Assembly (NCBI GenBank): GCA_049510745.1
Contig: JBEKYR010000012.1
Coordinates: forward strand, 32,001 to 96,000
DNA: 64,000 nt
From: Verrucomicrobiota bacterium
Lineage (GTDB): Bacteria; Verrucomicrobiota; Verrucomicrobiia; Limisphaerales; Palsa-1400
Direction: 5' to 3'
This document shows, piece by piece, positions 22,001 through 31,976 of the stretch. The notes beneath the pieces were generated by a model. That model searched no databases. It was not told where the DNA came from and worked only from the letters and a program-made list of their open reading frames with translations. The number at the start of each line of letters is the position of its first letter. Position 1 is the stretch's first letter. The position numbers and the translations under genes were made by a program.

Positions 22001-22145
22001 CGGGCGGGCGGGCGGCAACGCTGTGGGAAAAGGCGCCGCCGCGCGCGACGTGCGCAGGGCCGGCGGGATGACGGAGGAGGCGCCGGCGGAATTTCGGGAG
22101 GCGCTGGAGAATTATTTTCATGCCATTGAACAAAGCGGGCAATAG
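19050..22145 (+). CDS. DUF4175-like membrane-anchored coiled-coil protein
   Basis: N-terminal TMs, LGDRLLGIVEL, ARDDFGV, long Q/E-rich coiled coil, C-terminal PAEFREALENYF. Confidence 0.7.
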   Translation: MADFDDRFSVTLPPALRQQFAEVERRLWRAESTIAVCGAAGGLMVSFLALFVSDRLWETPAWLRWTLFLLGLAAAGAAGASWARRWIWRRRDLKALANLVQKKHRRLGDRLLGIVELANEERHFVDFSPALYHAAIHQVAAEAKELDFRQSVSMAGAKRVALGAGIVAGCVLLVFAVLPRPGWNAFVRWALPGAGLARYALVTLEGLPGELIVAHGEPFEISASVHYRSFWQPRRVLGLWPRQPRIESAVEGGRIRLRVPGQVERGVLEVRVGDARAEVKVRPTHRPSLQELAAVVHLPDYLRYPEQEQLVLNGALLAVEGSRIAFRGKVSRPLAAARMQNGGGEPAPLKIDGENFLSDPAQPEGVAEFTFHWQDTLGLTNSAPLRLSVQMQPDAPPVPEIPDLPRDVAVLDSDVLRIRLQARDDFGVRDFGLTWEMTEDSPRMAVATTEIKTQPPSARARTVEKTFLWSPSLFRIPAGATVELQGYARDYYPERERARTAPHRIHVLSPEEHAEAVRQQLESVLAQVEEVTRLQEKVVAGLAEVKDADKMAEAQKSSRLGQSKDEQMENAAHLDQLSQQGEQTVREAMKNPLLSEETIRQWSQSMQQWRQLSREQMPAAAQSMQQARQNPGADKEPLAEALRKAEEILRALEKMERKANQHMDDLQALTLSQRLRKVSGEEKDIAGQLLASAPETIGLAARDLPEKLKLLEQGLSRDQGGAQKETQMLQGEISRFFERTQKTNYGQVSREMKDTHATDELDRLGELIENNIGIEASDNLGQWSGRLQKWSEKLEPPTSSQSGGGNSGGSQKKTDLTEQLIALLRLRESEMNLRDQTSVLDQDKGEPASYKERATALSGSQEKLAGDLDGIHQKTPIKELDPAFADTGGDMKAVAATLRQPQTGPPADAAEVKTIETLSDLINLINEQAQRPGQQPSPSQGNNGTDEEMQFLLQMMRQSSQGKAMATRPATGLNNAGGTTDRAGGRAGGNAVGKGAAARDVRRAGGMTEEAPAEFREALENYFHAIEQSGQ

Positions 22146-23133
22146 AGGCAATAGAGTCTGTCTGCTGGCGGTGACGCTGGCGCTGTGCGGCGCCGTGGCG
22201 CCAGCCCAGCAATTGTACACCGGCTCGACCGGCGTGGTGGCCCGGGAGGTCGATCAAATGTACCTCAAGGGGCTGCGCTACTTGGCGCGGACGCAGGCGG
22301 CGGAAGGGAATTGGCCCGATGAGCCGCGCAACACCGAGCGGGCGATAACCGCCCTGGCGGTCCTCAGCATTTTGGCCCATGGCGACGACCCCAATTTCGG
22401 CCCGTACAGCAAGACGGTCCATCAGGGGCTGGACTACCTTTTGAAGAGCATGGACCCGGTCACGGGCTACATCGGCCCGTCGATGTACAATCACGGTTTT
22501 TCCACCCTGGCATTGGCGGAGGCTTACGGGGCGGTGGACGACCCGCGGTTGGGACCGGCCTTGGAGAAGGCGGTGCGGCTGATTGTGAACGCGCAGGCGG
22601 AAAACAGCCTGCACGCCTGGCGCTACTCGCCGGATTCGAAGGACGCCGACACGACGGTAACCGGGGCGCAAATGGTGGCGCTGCTGGCGGCGCGCAACGG
22701 GGGCGTCGCCGTGCCGGAAAAGGTCATTGAAAACGGACTGAGTTTCTTCCGCTCCTGCCAGACGCCCGACGGCGGCATCGGCTACATTTCGCCCATTGCG
22801 CCCAACGCGACGCGCACGGCCATAGGCTGCGTGGTCTTTGCCCTGGCCAAGGAGAAGAATTCGCCCGCGTTCAAAGCCGCCTTCGCGTTCCTGAAAAACG
22901 CGCCGCCGGACCCTCAATATCCGCAGTACTTTCTGTATTACGTGTCGCAGGCCTTTTTCCACGGCTCGCCCGAGTTGTGGCAAAGTTGGAACCGGGACAA
23001 CATCCGATCCCTGCGCGCCACGCAGGCCGCGGAGGGCAATTGGGAGGGACAATTCGGCGCGACCTTTGGCACGGCCGGCTCGCTGTTGTCGCTGGCCCTG
23101 AACTATCGCTACCTGCCCATTTATGAGAGATAA
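22120..23133 (+). CDS. Prenyltransferase/squalene-oxidase repeat protein (exported)
   Basis: QW-like repeats GLRYLARTQ..EGNW, MYNHGFSTLALAE, WRY...DADTTVT, Q..EGNW. Confidence 0.85.
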   Translation: MPLNKAGNRGNRVCLLAVTLALCGAVAPAQQLYTGSTGVVAREVDQMYLKGLRYLARTQAAEGNWPDEPRNTERAITALAVLSILAHGDDPNFGPYSKTVHQGLDYLLKSMDPVTGYIGPSMYNHGFSTLALAEAYGAVDDPRLGPALEKAVRLIVNAQAENSLHAWRYSPDSKDADTTVTGAQMVALLAARNGGVAVPEKVIENGLSFFRSCQTPDGGIGYISPIAPNATRTAIGCVVFALAKEKNSPAFKAAFAFLKNAPPDPQYPQYFLYYVSQAFFHGSPELWQSWNRDNIRSLRATQAAEGNWEGQFGATFGTAGSLLSLALNYRYLPIYER

Positions 23134-24526
23134 CGCCGTCAGGGCCGGCCTGCTGTGGCTGCGCTGGCTGCCGGTCAGCCTGGCCGTTGCGGCCGCGCCG
23201 GGAGAGGCGCCCGCTGCCGCGCTCCCGGACAGCGCATCGGGCGGCAGCGTGCTGGAGTTTGTGGATGGCTCGGCCTTGCACGGGCAGTTGGAGCGGATGG
23301 ACCTGGAACACGGGCTTTGCTGGGTTTGCGCGCCAGCCCGGAGCGCGATTCATTTCCAGCCGGCGCACGTCGATGTCATCCGCTTCGCCCATGCCGACCA
23401 GGTCAACCTGGCGCCGAAGTGCCATCTGCGCTTCGCCAACGGAGATGATTTGTTCGGGGCGATCTCCAGTCTGGAAGGCGGGCAGCTTGGGTTCAGCACC
23501 TGGTTCGGAGGGACGATGAGCATTCCGAAGGCGGCGGTGCGCACCATTACGTTTCTTTCCCGCAATTACCGGATCGTTTACGAGGGTCCCTACGATGGCA
23601 ACGGCTGGGTTATCGGCAACAATGCGCCCCAAAGCTGGAGCTATCGGGATGGCTGCTTCATCGGCGCCGGTTCGGGCACACTGGGCCGCGATCTCTCCCT
23701 GACCAACTCCTCGACGGTGGAATTTGACCTTGCCTGGAACGGGTCCTACCTCTTGCTGGTGAACGTGTATAGCCGCCCGCTTGATCATCTGGAGTACAAC
23801 AGCGGATCCTATGTGGTGGAGTTTTCCCCCAAACAAGTCACCCTCCGCCACGTCCACTCGGGCGGGCTGCCCCGCAGTTTCGGGGGCGCGCCGCTCCCGG
23901 TGGACGGTGACAAAAATAAATTTCACGCGACCATCCAGTGCAACAAGGACGAGGGGACTGTGGCGGTGTTTATCAACAATCTGTTGGTGAAAAGCTGGAA
24001 GGATGAGGACGGTTTTCACGGCTCCGGCTCCGGTCTGCTCTTCGAGGAGGGATCGGCGCCGGGCACGACGGTGAAGTTGAGCAATCTCAAAGTCGCGCAG
24101 TGGGAGGGCCGTTACGAGCCGGACACAACGCTCGCGGCGACCAACGGCGACGCCATTCACTTCGTCAATCACGACCGGGCGGGAGGAAAGATCGCCGGCA
24201 TCAAAGACGGCAAGGTGACGCTGGCTTTGGAAGGGACGGTTCTGGAGGTGCCGTTGGAGCGGGTGACGCAGATCAGCTTTGCCGAGGGCAGCGCCCCGGC
24301 CGAGCCATCCGGGCCTTGGGACGTGCGCGCCTATTTTCCCGGCGGCGGCAACCTATCGTTTCAATTGGAGAAATGGGACGACAAGATGATTTCCGGCAGA
24401 AGCGCGATCTTCGGCCCGCTCGCCTTCCAGCCCGGTGCCATCCGCCAGATGGAATTCAACCTGAACCGTTCCAAGGACGACGCGGCGGCCGTGGCGGGCA
24501 AGGATTTCGAGGAACTCGATGAATAA
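23123..24526 (+). CDS. Secreted hypothetical protein (paralog of the next gene)
   Basis: Signal peptide; F.NGD.L.G repeats, WSYRDG, EFDLAWNG, NLKVAQWEG. Confidence 0.75.
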   Translation: MRDNAVRAGLLWLRWLPVSLAVAAAPGEAPAAALPDSASGGSVLEFVDGSALHGQLERMDLEHGLCWVCAPARSAIHFQPAHVDVIRFAHADQVNLAPKCHLRFANGDDLFGAISSLEGGQLGFSTWFGGTMSIPKAAVRTITFLSRNYRIVYEGPYDGNGWVIGNNAPQSWSYRDGCFIGAGSGTLGRDLSLTNSSTVEFDLAWNGSYLLLVNVYSRPLDHLEYNSGSYVVEFSPKQVTLRHVHSGGLPRSFGGAPLPVDGDKNKFHATIQCNKDEGTVAVFINNLLVKSWKDEDGFHGSGSGLLFEEGSAPGTTVKLSNLKVAQWEGRYEPDTTLAATNGDAIHFVNHDRAGGKIAGIKDGKVTLALEGTVLEVPLERVTQISFAEGSAPAEPSGPWDVRAYFPGGGNLSFQLEKWDDKMISGRSAIFGPLAFQPGAIRQMEFNLNRSKDDAAAVAGKDFEELDE

Positions 24527-25895
24527 TTGTCGATGTCAGATCGCAGCCGGGCTGGCGGCGCTCTTTGTTGCGGTCGCGCCGGGGCGCGCGCAGCCGGCGG
24601 CCCAGGCGCTTGCCGACAGCCTGGTCTTTCGCAACGGGGATGTCCTCTATGGCAAGTTGCTGGCCATCCAACCCCGCAGCGTGGTCCGCTGGCAGCATCC
24701 GGACGCGGCGGAGCCGATCGACTTCAGTCCGGAGAGCATTGCGCAGATAGATTTTCCCGCGCACAAAGCCCTCGCCAGCCCGGCCAATGATTCCTGCCGC
24801 ATCACCTGCGCCAACGGCGACGCGCTCAATGGCAGCCTCGTGGCGGGAGATCGCGACACGGTGACGCTCGAAACGTGGTATGCGGGCAAATTGAAGCTGC
24901 CGCGCAAGGCGCTGCAATCGGTGGTGTTCACCCCTCGCGCGCCGGTTTTTTTCGCCGGCATCGAGGGCCTGGAAGGATGGACGCAGGGCAATGCGGTCAA
25001 GGCCTTTGCCGGCGAGGCCGGCGAGTGGACGTATCGCAACGGCGCGTTCTACGCGGACAAACCGGCTTCGATCGCGCGGGATTTGAAATTGCCGGACGTG
25101 GCGGAGATTCAATTTGACTTGGCTTGGAAAGGCATGCTCAACCTGGCCATCGCCTTTTACACCGATTCCCTCCAACCGATTCTCCTGACCGCCAAGGATG
25201 ACGGCCCCGACTTCGGCGGTTTTTACAGCCTCCGTTTCAACAGCACCGTCTTCATCAGCCTCATGCCCATCCGGAAAAAGGAACCGCTCCGTTCCCTCGG
25301 CGACGTGATCGTCCCGTCCCTCAACCAAAAGGACCGCGTCCATGTCGATCTGCGGGTCAGCAAGCCGGACCACCGGCTTGTTCTGTTCTTTGACGGCACG
25401 CTCGTCAAGGAGTGGAACGACCCCGGCGGCTTCGTCGGCGCGGGGACGGGCGTGCGGTTTGTCCAGAACGTCGGCAGCGCGATCAAGCTGGGAAATCTCC
25501 GCGTCGCCCAATGGAACGGCGTGCTGGATGAAGGCGCCGCCGCCCCGCCGGATGGCTCCCGCGACACGGTGTCGCTGGAATCCGGCGTCAAAATCACCGG
25601 CGACATCGAAGCCATCGCCGATGGACAATTGTCCGTCCACACCACCAGCGGCACGGTGGAGGTCCCGCTGGCCAAGGCGACCGGCATCGAATTTGCCCGT
25701 CTGGCTGGCGAGCCGTTCAAATCAGCCGCCAACACAGTCCACGCGACTTTCGTGCAAGGGGGCGCCGTCACGATGGAATTGCTGAGTTGGCGGCCCGACG
25801 CGGTCGTGGTTGCCAGCCCGGACTTCGGCAAGGCTTCGTTTGATCCCGCCGCCTTTTCACGCCTCAAATTCCTGTCGGTTGAACCGAAAAGCTGA
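24519..25895 (+). CDS. Secreted hypothetical protein (paralog of the previous gene)
   Basis: Signal peptide; FRNGDVLYG, WTYRNG, QFDLAWKG, NLRVAQWNG. Confidence 0.75.
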   Translation: MNNCRCQIAAGLAALFVAVAPGRAQPAAQALADSLVFRNGDVLYGKLLAIQPRSVVRWQHPDAAEPIDFSPESIAQIDFPAHKALASPANDSCRITCANGDALNGSLVAGDRDTVTLETWYAGKLKLPRKALQSVVFTPRAPVFFAGIEGLEGWTQGNAVKAFAGEAGEWTYRNGAFYADKPASIARDLKLPDVAEIQFDLAWKGMLNLAIAFYTDSLQPILLTAKDDGPDFGGFYSLRFNSTVFISLMPIRKKEPLRSLGDVIVPSLNQKDRVHVDLRVSKPDHRLVLFFDGTLVKEWNDPGGFVGAGTGVRFVQNVGSAIKLGNLRVAQWNGVLDEGAAAPPDGSRDTVSLESGVKITGDIEAIADGQLSVHTTSGTVEVPLAKATGIEFARLAGEPFKSAANTVHATFVQGGAVTMELLSWRPDAVVVASPDFGKASFDPAAFSRLKFLSVEPKS

Positions 25896-26037
25896 AGCCT
25901 CACCCCTTTGGGGGTCTGGACGCTTCCCCTTTTATGGTGATAATTGCACGAGAAACGGAAATGCGATGTCATTTTGCCCTTCATTGCCGGTGACGACGTT
26001 CCTTGCCCGTCCCTTGCTGGCAGCGGGCGGGCGAGGG

Positions 26038-28626
26038 ATGAATCTGGGGTGGTGCGGCTTGGTCTGGCTGGGGTTGAGCTTCCCGCTTGACGCCGCCAAT
26101 GCGCCCACCGGATTGCTGTGCGACTTGCTGGAAGACCCGGAGCTGACCGTCATCACCACGGCCACGCCTCAATTTGGCTGGATCTACAATCCGTCGCTTC
26201 GCAATGACATTCAGAGCGGCTATCGAATCATTGTGGCGTCGAGCCAGACGCTCGCCAACGAAGGCCAGGGTGATTTGTGGGACACCGGCTGGGTCGGGAG
26301 TTCGGCCTCGATCAACGTGCCCTATGCCGGGGCCGCCTTGCGGACGAGCACGGATTATTACTGGAGCGTGCAAACGCAGGACAGCGCCGGCCAAATCAGC
26401 CCGCTTTCAGCAGTGCAGCACTTTCGCACGGACACGCAGTTCACCACCGGCCCGAACCTGATCTACAATGTGTCAACGAACACCTGGGCCAATCGCTATC
26501 CGATAGGGTTTGTGAGCGCGGCGCCCGCGCTCCTCACGAACACAGCGCCGGGACGTTGGTTCGCTGACTTCGGCCAGGACGCCTTCGGCTACGCGACGGT
26601 GCATCTGAACGGTTTGTTCAACGGCAGCAATGTCCAGGCGCGCTTTGGCGAGATGGCCAACGGAACGGCCGTGAACCCCAGCCCGCCGTCCGGCAGCACG
26701 GTGCGCTACGGGACCTCCGCTTTGACGCTCCAGAATGGCGACGTCGTTTATTCCGTCCGCCCGCCGTCGTACAGCGGCCAGACCATCAGCCCGCCCGCCT
26801 CCTACGGGGTGGTGATGCCGTTCCGTTACTTTGAGTTGAGCAACTGCCCCCCCGGCGCCGTCCTCACCGCGGGGGACGTGACGCAACAGCGGTTGCTTTA
26901 CCAATTCAACACGAATGCCGCCGCGTTCAGCAGTTCCAGCGCGGCGTTGAACCGGGTCTGGAATCTGTGCCGGAACTCGATGCAGGTGTTGGGTTTCGAC
27001 GGCGTCTATGTGGATGGCGACCGCGAACGCACGCCTTACGAGGCGGATTCCTACATTCACCAGTTAAGCTCCTACGCGGTGGACCGCGAATTCACGATGG
27101 CGCGCTACAGCTTCGAGTATCTGCTCTCGCACCCCACCTGGCCGACGGAATGGAAGTTCCACATGATTTTCATCGCCTGGGCGGACTATCTCCAGACGGG
27201 CAACACGGATTTGCTCGGCGCGCATTACGCCGCGCTCCAACCCGACGCCTTCACCTGGGCCGCGACCGGCAACGGCCTGATGAAAGGGTTTCCGAACTAT
27301 CCGCAAACGACCAATTCCGACATCGTGGACTGGCCGGCGGGTGACCGGGACGGATTTGTCATCACCAGCGGCAGCTACTTGAATTGGACCAATTCCGTCA
27401 ATAACGCCTTTTACTATCGGGCACTGCAAACGATGGCGAACATCGCGGCGGTCCTTGGCCGCGGCAGCGACGCGGCCACTTACAGCGCCGCCGCCGCCCA
27501 GGTTTACAGCGCCTACAACACGACGTTTTGGACCAACAGTTCGCAGAGTTACGTGGACGGCGCCGGCACCACCCATTCCGCGGCGCACGCCAACTTCTTT
27601 CCGCTCGCCTTTGGGCTGGTGCCGGCCACCAACCAGGCCGCGGCGCTGAACTACATTCACGGGCGCATCGCGGCCAATGGCGGCATGCCGCCCAGTGTCT
27701 ATGGCGCGCAATATCTGTTGGAAGCGTTGTTCGGGCAGGGCGACGCGGACACCGCGCTGGGCTTGCTGGCCACCAACGGACCGCGCGGCTGGCTGAACAT
27801 GCTCAACCTGGGTTCCACCCTAACGACCGAGGCGTGGAATTTCACCGACAAACCCAACATGGACTGGAACCACGCGTGGGGAGCGGCGGCGGGAAACCTG
27901 ATCCAACGTTTCGTCATCGGCGTGCGTCCGATCACCGCCGGTTACAGCCAATTCCTCATCCAGCCGCAGCTCGGCCAGACGCTCTCCTTTGTGCAAGGGG
28001 TCGTGCCCACCATCCGCGGGCCGGTGTCCATCCAGGCCAGCAATGGGCCGGGACTGTTTCAACTCCTGGCGACCCTTCCCGGCAACACCGCCGCCATCGT
28101 CCTGCTGCCCGCTCAGGGCGCCACCAGCCCGGCCGCCCTCCTCGACGGCGGCGTGGCGTCCGCCGTGCTGTCCAACAACTGGCTCATCGTCAGCAACGTC
28201 GGTTCAGGGCAGCACGCGCTGTGGCTGAACACCAACAACACGCCCTCGCAGAGCACGCTCTACAGCAATTGGGCGGCCGCCTGGTTCGGCACCAACGCGG
28301 CCAACCCCGCCATCGCCGGCATGGCGGCCGACCCGGACGGGGACGGGCAGAGCAACTACAGCGAATTCATTGCCGGGACCGACCCGACCAACCCGCAGTC
28401 GAAGTTTCAAATTGGCGGGGTTATCCAGTCCAACGCGCTGTCGGTCTCGCTGTCCGGGGTGGCCGGGCGCGCCTACGCCCTGCAACGGACGGCCAGCCTC
28501 GCCGCCGCCGTCTGGAGCGGCGTCGCGACCAACGGGCCGCTGGCGGCGAGCCAGACAATTGTGTTGACCGATCCGCACACGCCATCACCGGGCGCTTTTT
28601 ACCGTGTGGCCGTCAGCCTGCCGTGA
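26038..28626 (+). CDS. GH78 alpha-L-rhamnosidase-like secreted glycoside hydrolase
   Basis: LWDTGWV, DFGQDAF, YVDGDRERTPYEAD, IVDWP, TTEAW...WNHAWG; C-terminal DPDGDG.SN..EF.AGTDP. Alternative start at 25966. Confidence 0.85.
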   Translation: MNLGWCGLVWLGLSFPLDAANAPTGLLCDLLEDPELTVITTATPQFGWIYNPSLRNDIQSGYRIIVASSQTLANEGQGDLWDTGWVGSSASINVPYAGAALRTSTDYYWSVQTQDSAGQISPLSAVQHFRTDTQFTTGPNLIYNVSTNTWANRYPIGFVSAAPALLTNTAPGRWFADFGQDAFGYATVHLNGLFNGSNVQARFGEMANGTAVNPSPPSGSTVRYGTSALTLQNGDVVYSVRPPSYSGQTISPPASYGVVMPFRYFELSNCPPGAVLTAGDVTQQRLLYQFNTNAAAFSSSSAALNRVWNLCRNSMQVLGFDGVYVDGDRERTPYEADSYIHQLSSYAVDREFTMARYSFEYLLSHPTWPTEWKFHMIFIAWADYLQTGNTDLLGAHYAALQPDAFTWAATGNGLMKGFPNYPQTTNSDIVDWPAGDRDGFVITSGSYLNWTNSVNNAFYYRALQTMANIAAVLGRGSDAATYSAAAAQVYSAYNTTFWTNSSQSYVDGAGTTHSAAHANFFPLAFGLVPATNQAAALNYIHGRIAANGGMPPSVYGAQYLLEALFGQGDADTALGLLATNGPRGWLNMLNLGSTLTTEAWNFTDKPNMDWNHAWGAAAGNLIQRFVIGVRPITAGYSQFLIQPQLGQTLSFVQGVVPTIRGPVSIQASNGPGLFQLLATLPGNTAAIVLLPAQGATSPAALLDGGVASAVLSNNWLIVSNVGSGQHALWLNTNNTPSQSTLYSNWAAAWFGTNAANPAIAGMAADPDGDGQSNYSEFIAGTDPTNPQSKFQIGGVIQSNALSVSLSGVAGRAYALQRTASLAAAVWSGVATNGPLAASQTIVLTDPHTPSPGAFYRVAVSLP

Positions 28627-28637
28627 CGGTTTTTTTT
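28609..28637 (+). terminator. Intrinsic terminator overlapping the GH78 stop
   Basis: GCCGTCA-8 nt-TGACGGT followed by a T run. Confidence 0.65.
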
Positions 28638-28700
28638 GGTGTGAAATTGGTGTTTTAACTTTCGGGGGAAGCAGCTATACTGCGGGCGTACAGTTCCAAT

Positions 28701-29594
28701 ATGTCAACGACGCAATGGCAGAAAACCTTGGAAATTCCGGGCCGGGTCCTGTTCTCGGAAGGCAACGGGGATATGGCGCGGCTGGAAATCAACACCGCCT
28801 GGAGCAGCGCGGAAATTTATTTGCATGGCGCGCATGTCACGCACTTCCAAAAGAAGGGCGAGCCGCCGCTCTTGTTCCTGAGCCATCTGAGCCGCTTTGC
28901 CGAAGGGGTGCCCATTCGGGGAGGCATCCCCGTGATCTTTCCCTGGTTCGGGGCGCGGGAGGGACAAAGCGCGCACGGCTTCGCCCGGCTGCAAATCTGG
29001 GAATTGCGCGAGGTGATGCAATTGTCCACCGGCGAAGTGACGGTGCATTTCTCTCTGCCGGATTCGCCGGCGGCCGCGCTGTTCGGCAAGTTTTCCGCCG
29101 ATTACTGGGTGACCGTCGGCAAGACGCTGTCGGCCCAACTGAACATCGCCAACACGTCGGAGGACCAGGATTTCCGGTTCGAGGATTGCCTGCACGCCTA
29201 TTTCAAGGTGGGGGATATCGGGGCCATTTCGATCACGGGCTTGAAAGGGGCCGATTACCTGGATAAGACGGAGAATTTCGTGCGCAAAACCGAGCGGGCC
29301 GAGCACATCAAAATCTCGCAGGAAACCGACCGCATCTATCTGGATACGGCCGCGCCGGTGGAAATACATGACTCAAGGCTGGGGCGGCGCATCCGCATCG
29401 AGAAATCCGGCTCGCTTTCCACCGTGGTGTGGAATCCGTGGGTGGACAAGGCGGAGCAGATGCCGGACTTCGGCGGGGACGAATTTCATCAGATGGTGTG
29501 CGTGGAGTCCGGCAACGTGGCGGACAGCCAGTTGACGTTGCCGGCGGGCAAGAGCAGCACGTTGAAAGTGGAATGGAGCACGCTGCCGCTGTAG
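28701..29594 (+). CDS. D-hexose-6-phosphate mutarotase (aldose 1-epimerase family)
   Basis: IRGGIPVIFPWFG, HGFAR, LHAYF, VVWNPW, MVCVE. Confidence 0.92.
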   Translation: MSTTQWQKTLEIPGRVLFSEGNGDMARLEINTAWSSAEIYLHGAHVTHFQKKGEPPLLFLSHLSRFAEGVPIRGGIPVIFPWFGAREGQSAHGFARLQIWELREVMQLSTGEVTVHFSLPDSPAAALFGKFSADYWVTVGKTLSAQLNIANTSEDQDFRFEDCLHAYFKVGDIGAISITGLKGADYLDKTENFVRKTERAEHIKISQETDRIYLDTAAPVEIHDSRLGRRIRIEKSGSLSTVVWNPWVDKAEQMPDFGGDEFHQMVCVESGNVADSQLTLPAGKSSTLKVEWSTLPL

Positions 29595-29701
29595 GGGTGT
29601 GGGGGGCGTGAGTATGGAATTGACAGACCGCTGAAAATCTCTACGGTGGGGGCGGTGGGCGTCGTATTTCAAAGTTGGTTGGAAAACAGGAGTTTTCCAA
29701 A

Positions 29702-31942
29702 ATGAATATCTCGAACACGATGGGTTACAACCTGGAGTTTTCGGGCGATCATCTCAAGCCCGCCTTGCTGGTGTCCCTGTTGAGCGTCTGGGTGCTGGTT
29801 TCCGTCTTCTATTATTTGAACACCTATACCCGGCGGCGCTATTTCACCATCTGGACGGCGGCCTGGTTGTTTTACGCGTTGTGGCTGACGCTCTTTTTTT
29901 GCGGGCGATCGGCGACGAAGGTGGAGCCGCCTTGGCTGGTGTGGCTGAAGCTGTGGTGCATCAGTGTTTCGGCGGTGTTCTTGCTGTGGGGCAGCCTGCG
30001 GTTTCTGGGCGAGCGGGTCAAGCAACGGCTCATCGGGTTCTGCCTGGTATTTCTGCTGGCGTGGAGTTACGTGGGCAGCCATTGGGCGGGAGCGACGCGG
30101 AATCAGATGCAATGGCCGGTCTTCGCGTTCTTCGGGCTGGCCAGCATGTTGACGGCGTTTTCCTTTTATCGGTACCGCCGGCTGCGGCGTTTTTTGGGGG
30201 GGACGTTGCTGGGCATCGGCTTTTTCAGTTGGGGAGTGTACCTGGGGTGCTTTCCGCTGTTTGAATCGGCGGCGATGGAGGCAACGGGCTTCATTGTTTC
30301 GACGGTGCTGCAACTGCTCATTGCCGTCGGCATGATCATCCTGGTCCTGGAACAGGTGCGCTATAATCACCTGCGGCAGGACTTGTATCAGAGGGAAAAA
30401 CTGCAGAGCAAGGTGTGGTTCACCGAAGAACGCTACCAGCGGCTGTTCGAGCAGGCGCACGAGGGGATTGTCATTGCCGCGCGGACGGACCTGCGCATCC
30501 TGGAACTCAACCGGGCCGCCGAGGCGATGTTGGGCGTGACGCTCCAGGAGGCCACCTCGCAATCGCTGGCGTCGTTTTGCCAGATTAAACCGCTGCCGGA
30601 CCCGGCGCCCAAGTCGGGGCGCGACTGGTTCGAGTTGATCTGCACGCAGCGGCCGCTCCACCTGGTGCATAAGAACGGCGCCCTGATTCCGGCGGAAACG
30701 ACGGGCGCGCCGATCGAATTCGGGGGACAATCGGCCTACCAGTTTTTTTTCCGGGAGTTGACCGATCAATCGCGTCTGGCGGAGCAGTTGCGGCAGGCGG
30801 AAAAGCTTTCCTCGCTCGGCCAGATGATCTCCGGTGTGGCGCACGAACTGAACAACCCGCTGGCGATCATCGGCGGCTACGTGGAACTGATCCTGCGCAC
30901 CCACGATCTGCCGCCCAAGACGCGGCTGGACCTGGAGAAGGTGGCCACCGAGAGCAACCGGGCGGCCCGCCTGGTGCGCAATTTCCTGACTTTCGCCCGC
31001 TCCCAGCCGGTCCATCGGGAAATGATCCACCTCAACGATCTCATCACCGGCGTGATCGACCTGCGCAAGTTCGATTTGTCGCTGGCCCACGTCCAGATCG
31101 AGGCGGCGTTGGATTGGACACTGCCCGCCACCAGCGTCAGTCGGGACCAAATCCAGCAGGTGCTGATCGTCTTGATCAATAATGCGATGCAGGCCATGGC
31201 CAAGGCGCCCGAACCGCGCTTGATCCGGGTCGTCACGGCGCTCAAAGGGGGCCGCATTTGGATCACCGTCGAGGACAACGGCCCCGGCGTGCCGGCGGAA
31301 ATCCAGTCGCGCATCTTCGAGCCGTTTTTCACGACCAAGGAAGTGGGAGTGGGCACCGGCCTGGGGCTGTCCATTGCGCACGGCATCATGAGCGAGCACA
31401 GGGGGCATATCCACTATGAAAAAGCGTCGCTGGGGGGAGCGGCCTTCGTGCTGGACCTGCCGATCGTCTCGATCGAGGTGCCGCGGGGCGCGACCACGCA
31501 ATTCGTCACCGCGCCCGACGGGAGGCTGACGCAGGCCGCGCCCCGGCCGGAAAAAATCCTGGTGGTGGATGACGAGAAGGCGATCGTGGAGGTGCTGGGC
31601 GAGATGCTCGGCCTGCTGGGCTACCAAACGTCTCTTTGCTACTCGGCCCGCGAGGGGCTGGAAAGGATCAGCGAGACGGCCTTCGACCTGGTGCTGTCCG
31701 ATCTGCGCATGCCGGAGATCGACGGGCCGGCCTTTTACCGCCTGGCGCTGGAGAAGGACGCGCGGCTGGAGCGGCGTTTTATATTTTTGACAGGAGACAC
31801 GGTGAACGAGGACACGAAGACGTTTTTGAGGGCCTCCGGCAAGCCGTGCCTGGCCAAGCCCTTCCGCCTGGCCGGCATCGAGGAAATCACGCGCCAGGCG
31901 CTGGCGGGACTAGGCGGGGCGCCCGACGAAATTTCGATTTGA
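29702..31942 (+). CDS. Hybrid sensor histidine kinase (multi-TM, PAS, HisKA, HATPase, REC)
   Basis: GVAHELNNPL, DNGPG, FEPFFTTK, GTGLGLSI, ILVVDDE, SDLRMP. Confidence 0.93.
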   Translation: MNISNTMGYNLEFSGDHLKPALLVSLLSVWVLVSVFYYLNTYTRRRYFTIWTAAWLFYALWLTLFFCGRSATKVEPPWLVWLKLWCISVSAVFLLWGSLRFLGERVKQRLIGFCLVFLLAWSYVGSHWAGATRNQMQWPVFAFFGLASMLTAFSFYRYRRLRRFLGGTLLGIGFFSWGVYLGCFPLFESAAMEATGFIVSTVLQLLIAVGMIILVLEQVRYNHLRQDLYQREKLQSKVWFTEERYQRLFEQAHEGIVIAARTDLRILELNRAAEAMLGVTLQEATSQSLASFCQIKPLPDPAPKSGRDWFELICTQRPLHLVHKNGALIPAETTGAPIEFGGQSAYQFFFRELTDQSRLAEQLRQAEKLSSLGQMISGVAHELNNPLAIIGGYVELILRTHDLPPKTRLDLEKVATESNRAARLVRNFLTFARSQPVHREMIHLNDLITGVIDLRKFDLSLAHVQIEAALDWTLPATSVSRDQIQQVLIVLINNAMQAMAKAPEPRLIRVVTALKGGRIWITVEDNGPGVPAEIQSRIFEPFFTTKEVGVGTGLGLSIAHGIMSEHRGHIHYEKASLGGAAFVLDLPIVSIEVPRGATTQFVTAPDGRLTQAAPRPEKILVVDDEKAIVEVLGEMLGLLGYQTSLCYSAREGLERISETAFDLVLSDLRMPEIDGPAFYRLALEKDARLERRFIFLTGDTVNEDTKTFLRASGKPCLAKPFRLAGIEEITRQALAGLGGAPDEISI

Positions 31943-31976
31943 CAGTTCCAAATTTTCAATTCCCGTTGCCGCGCGG

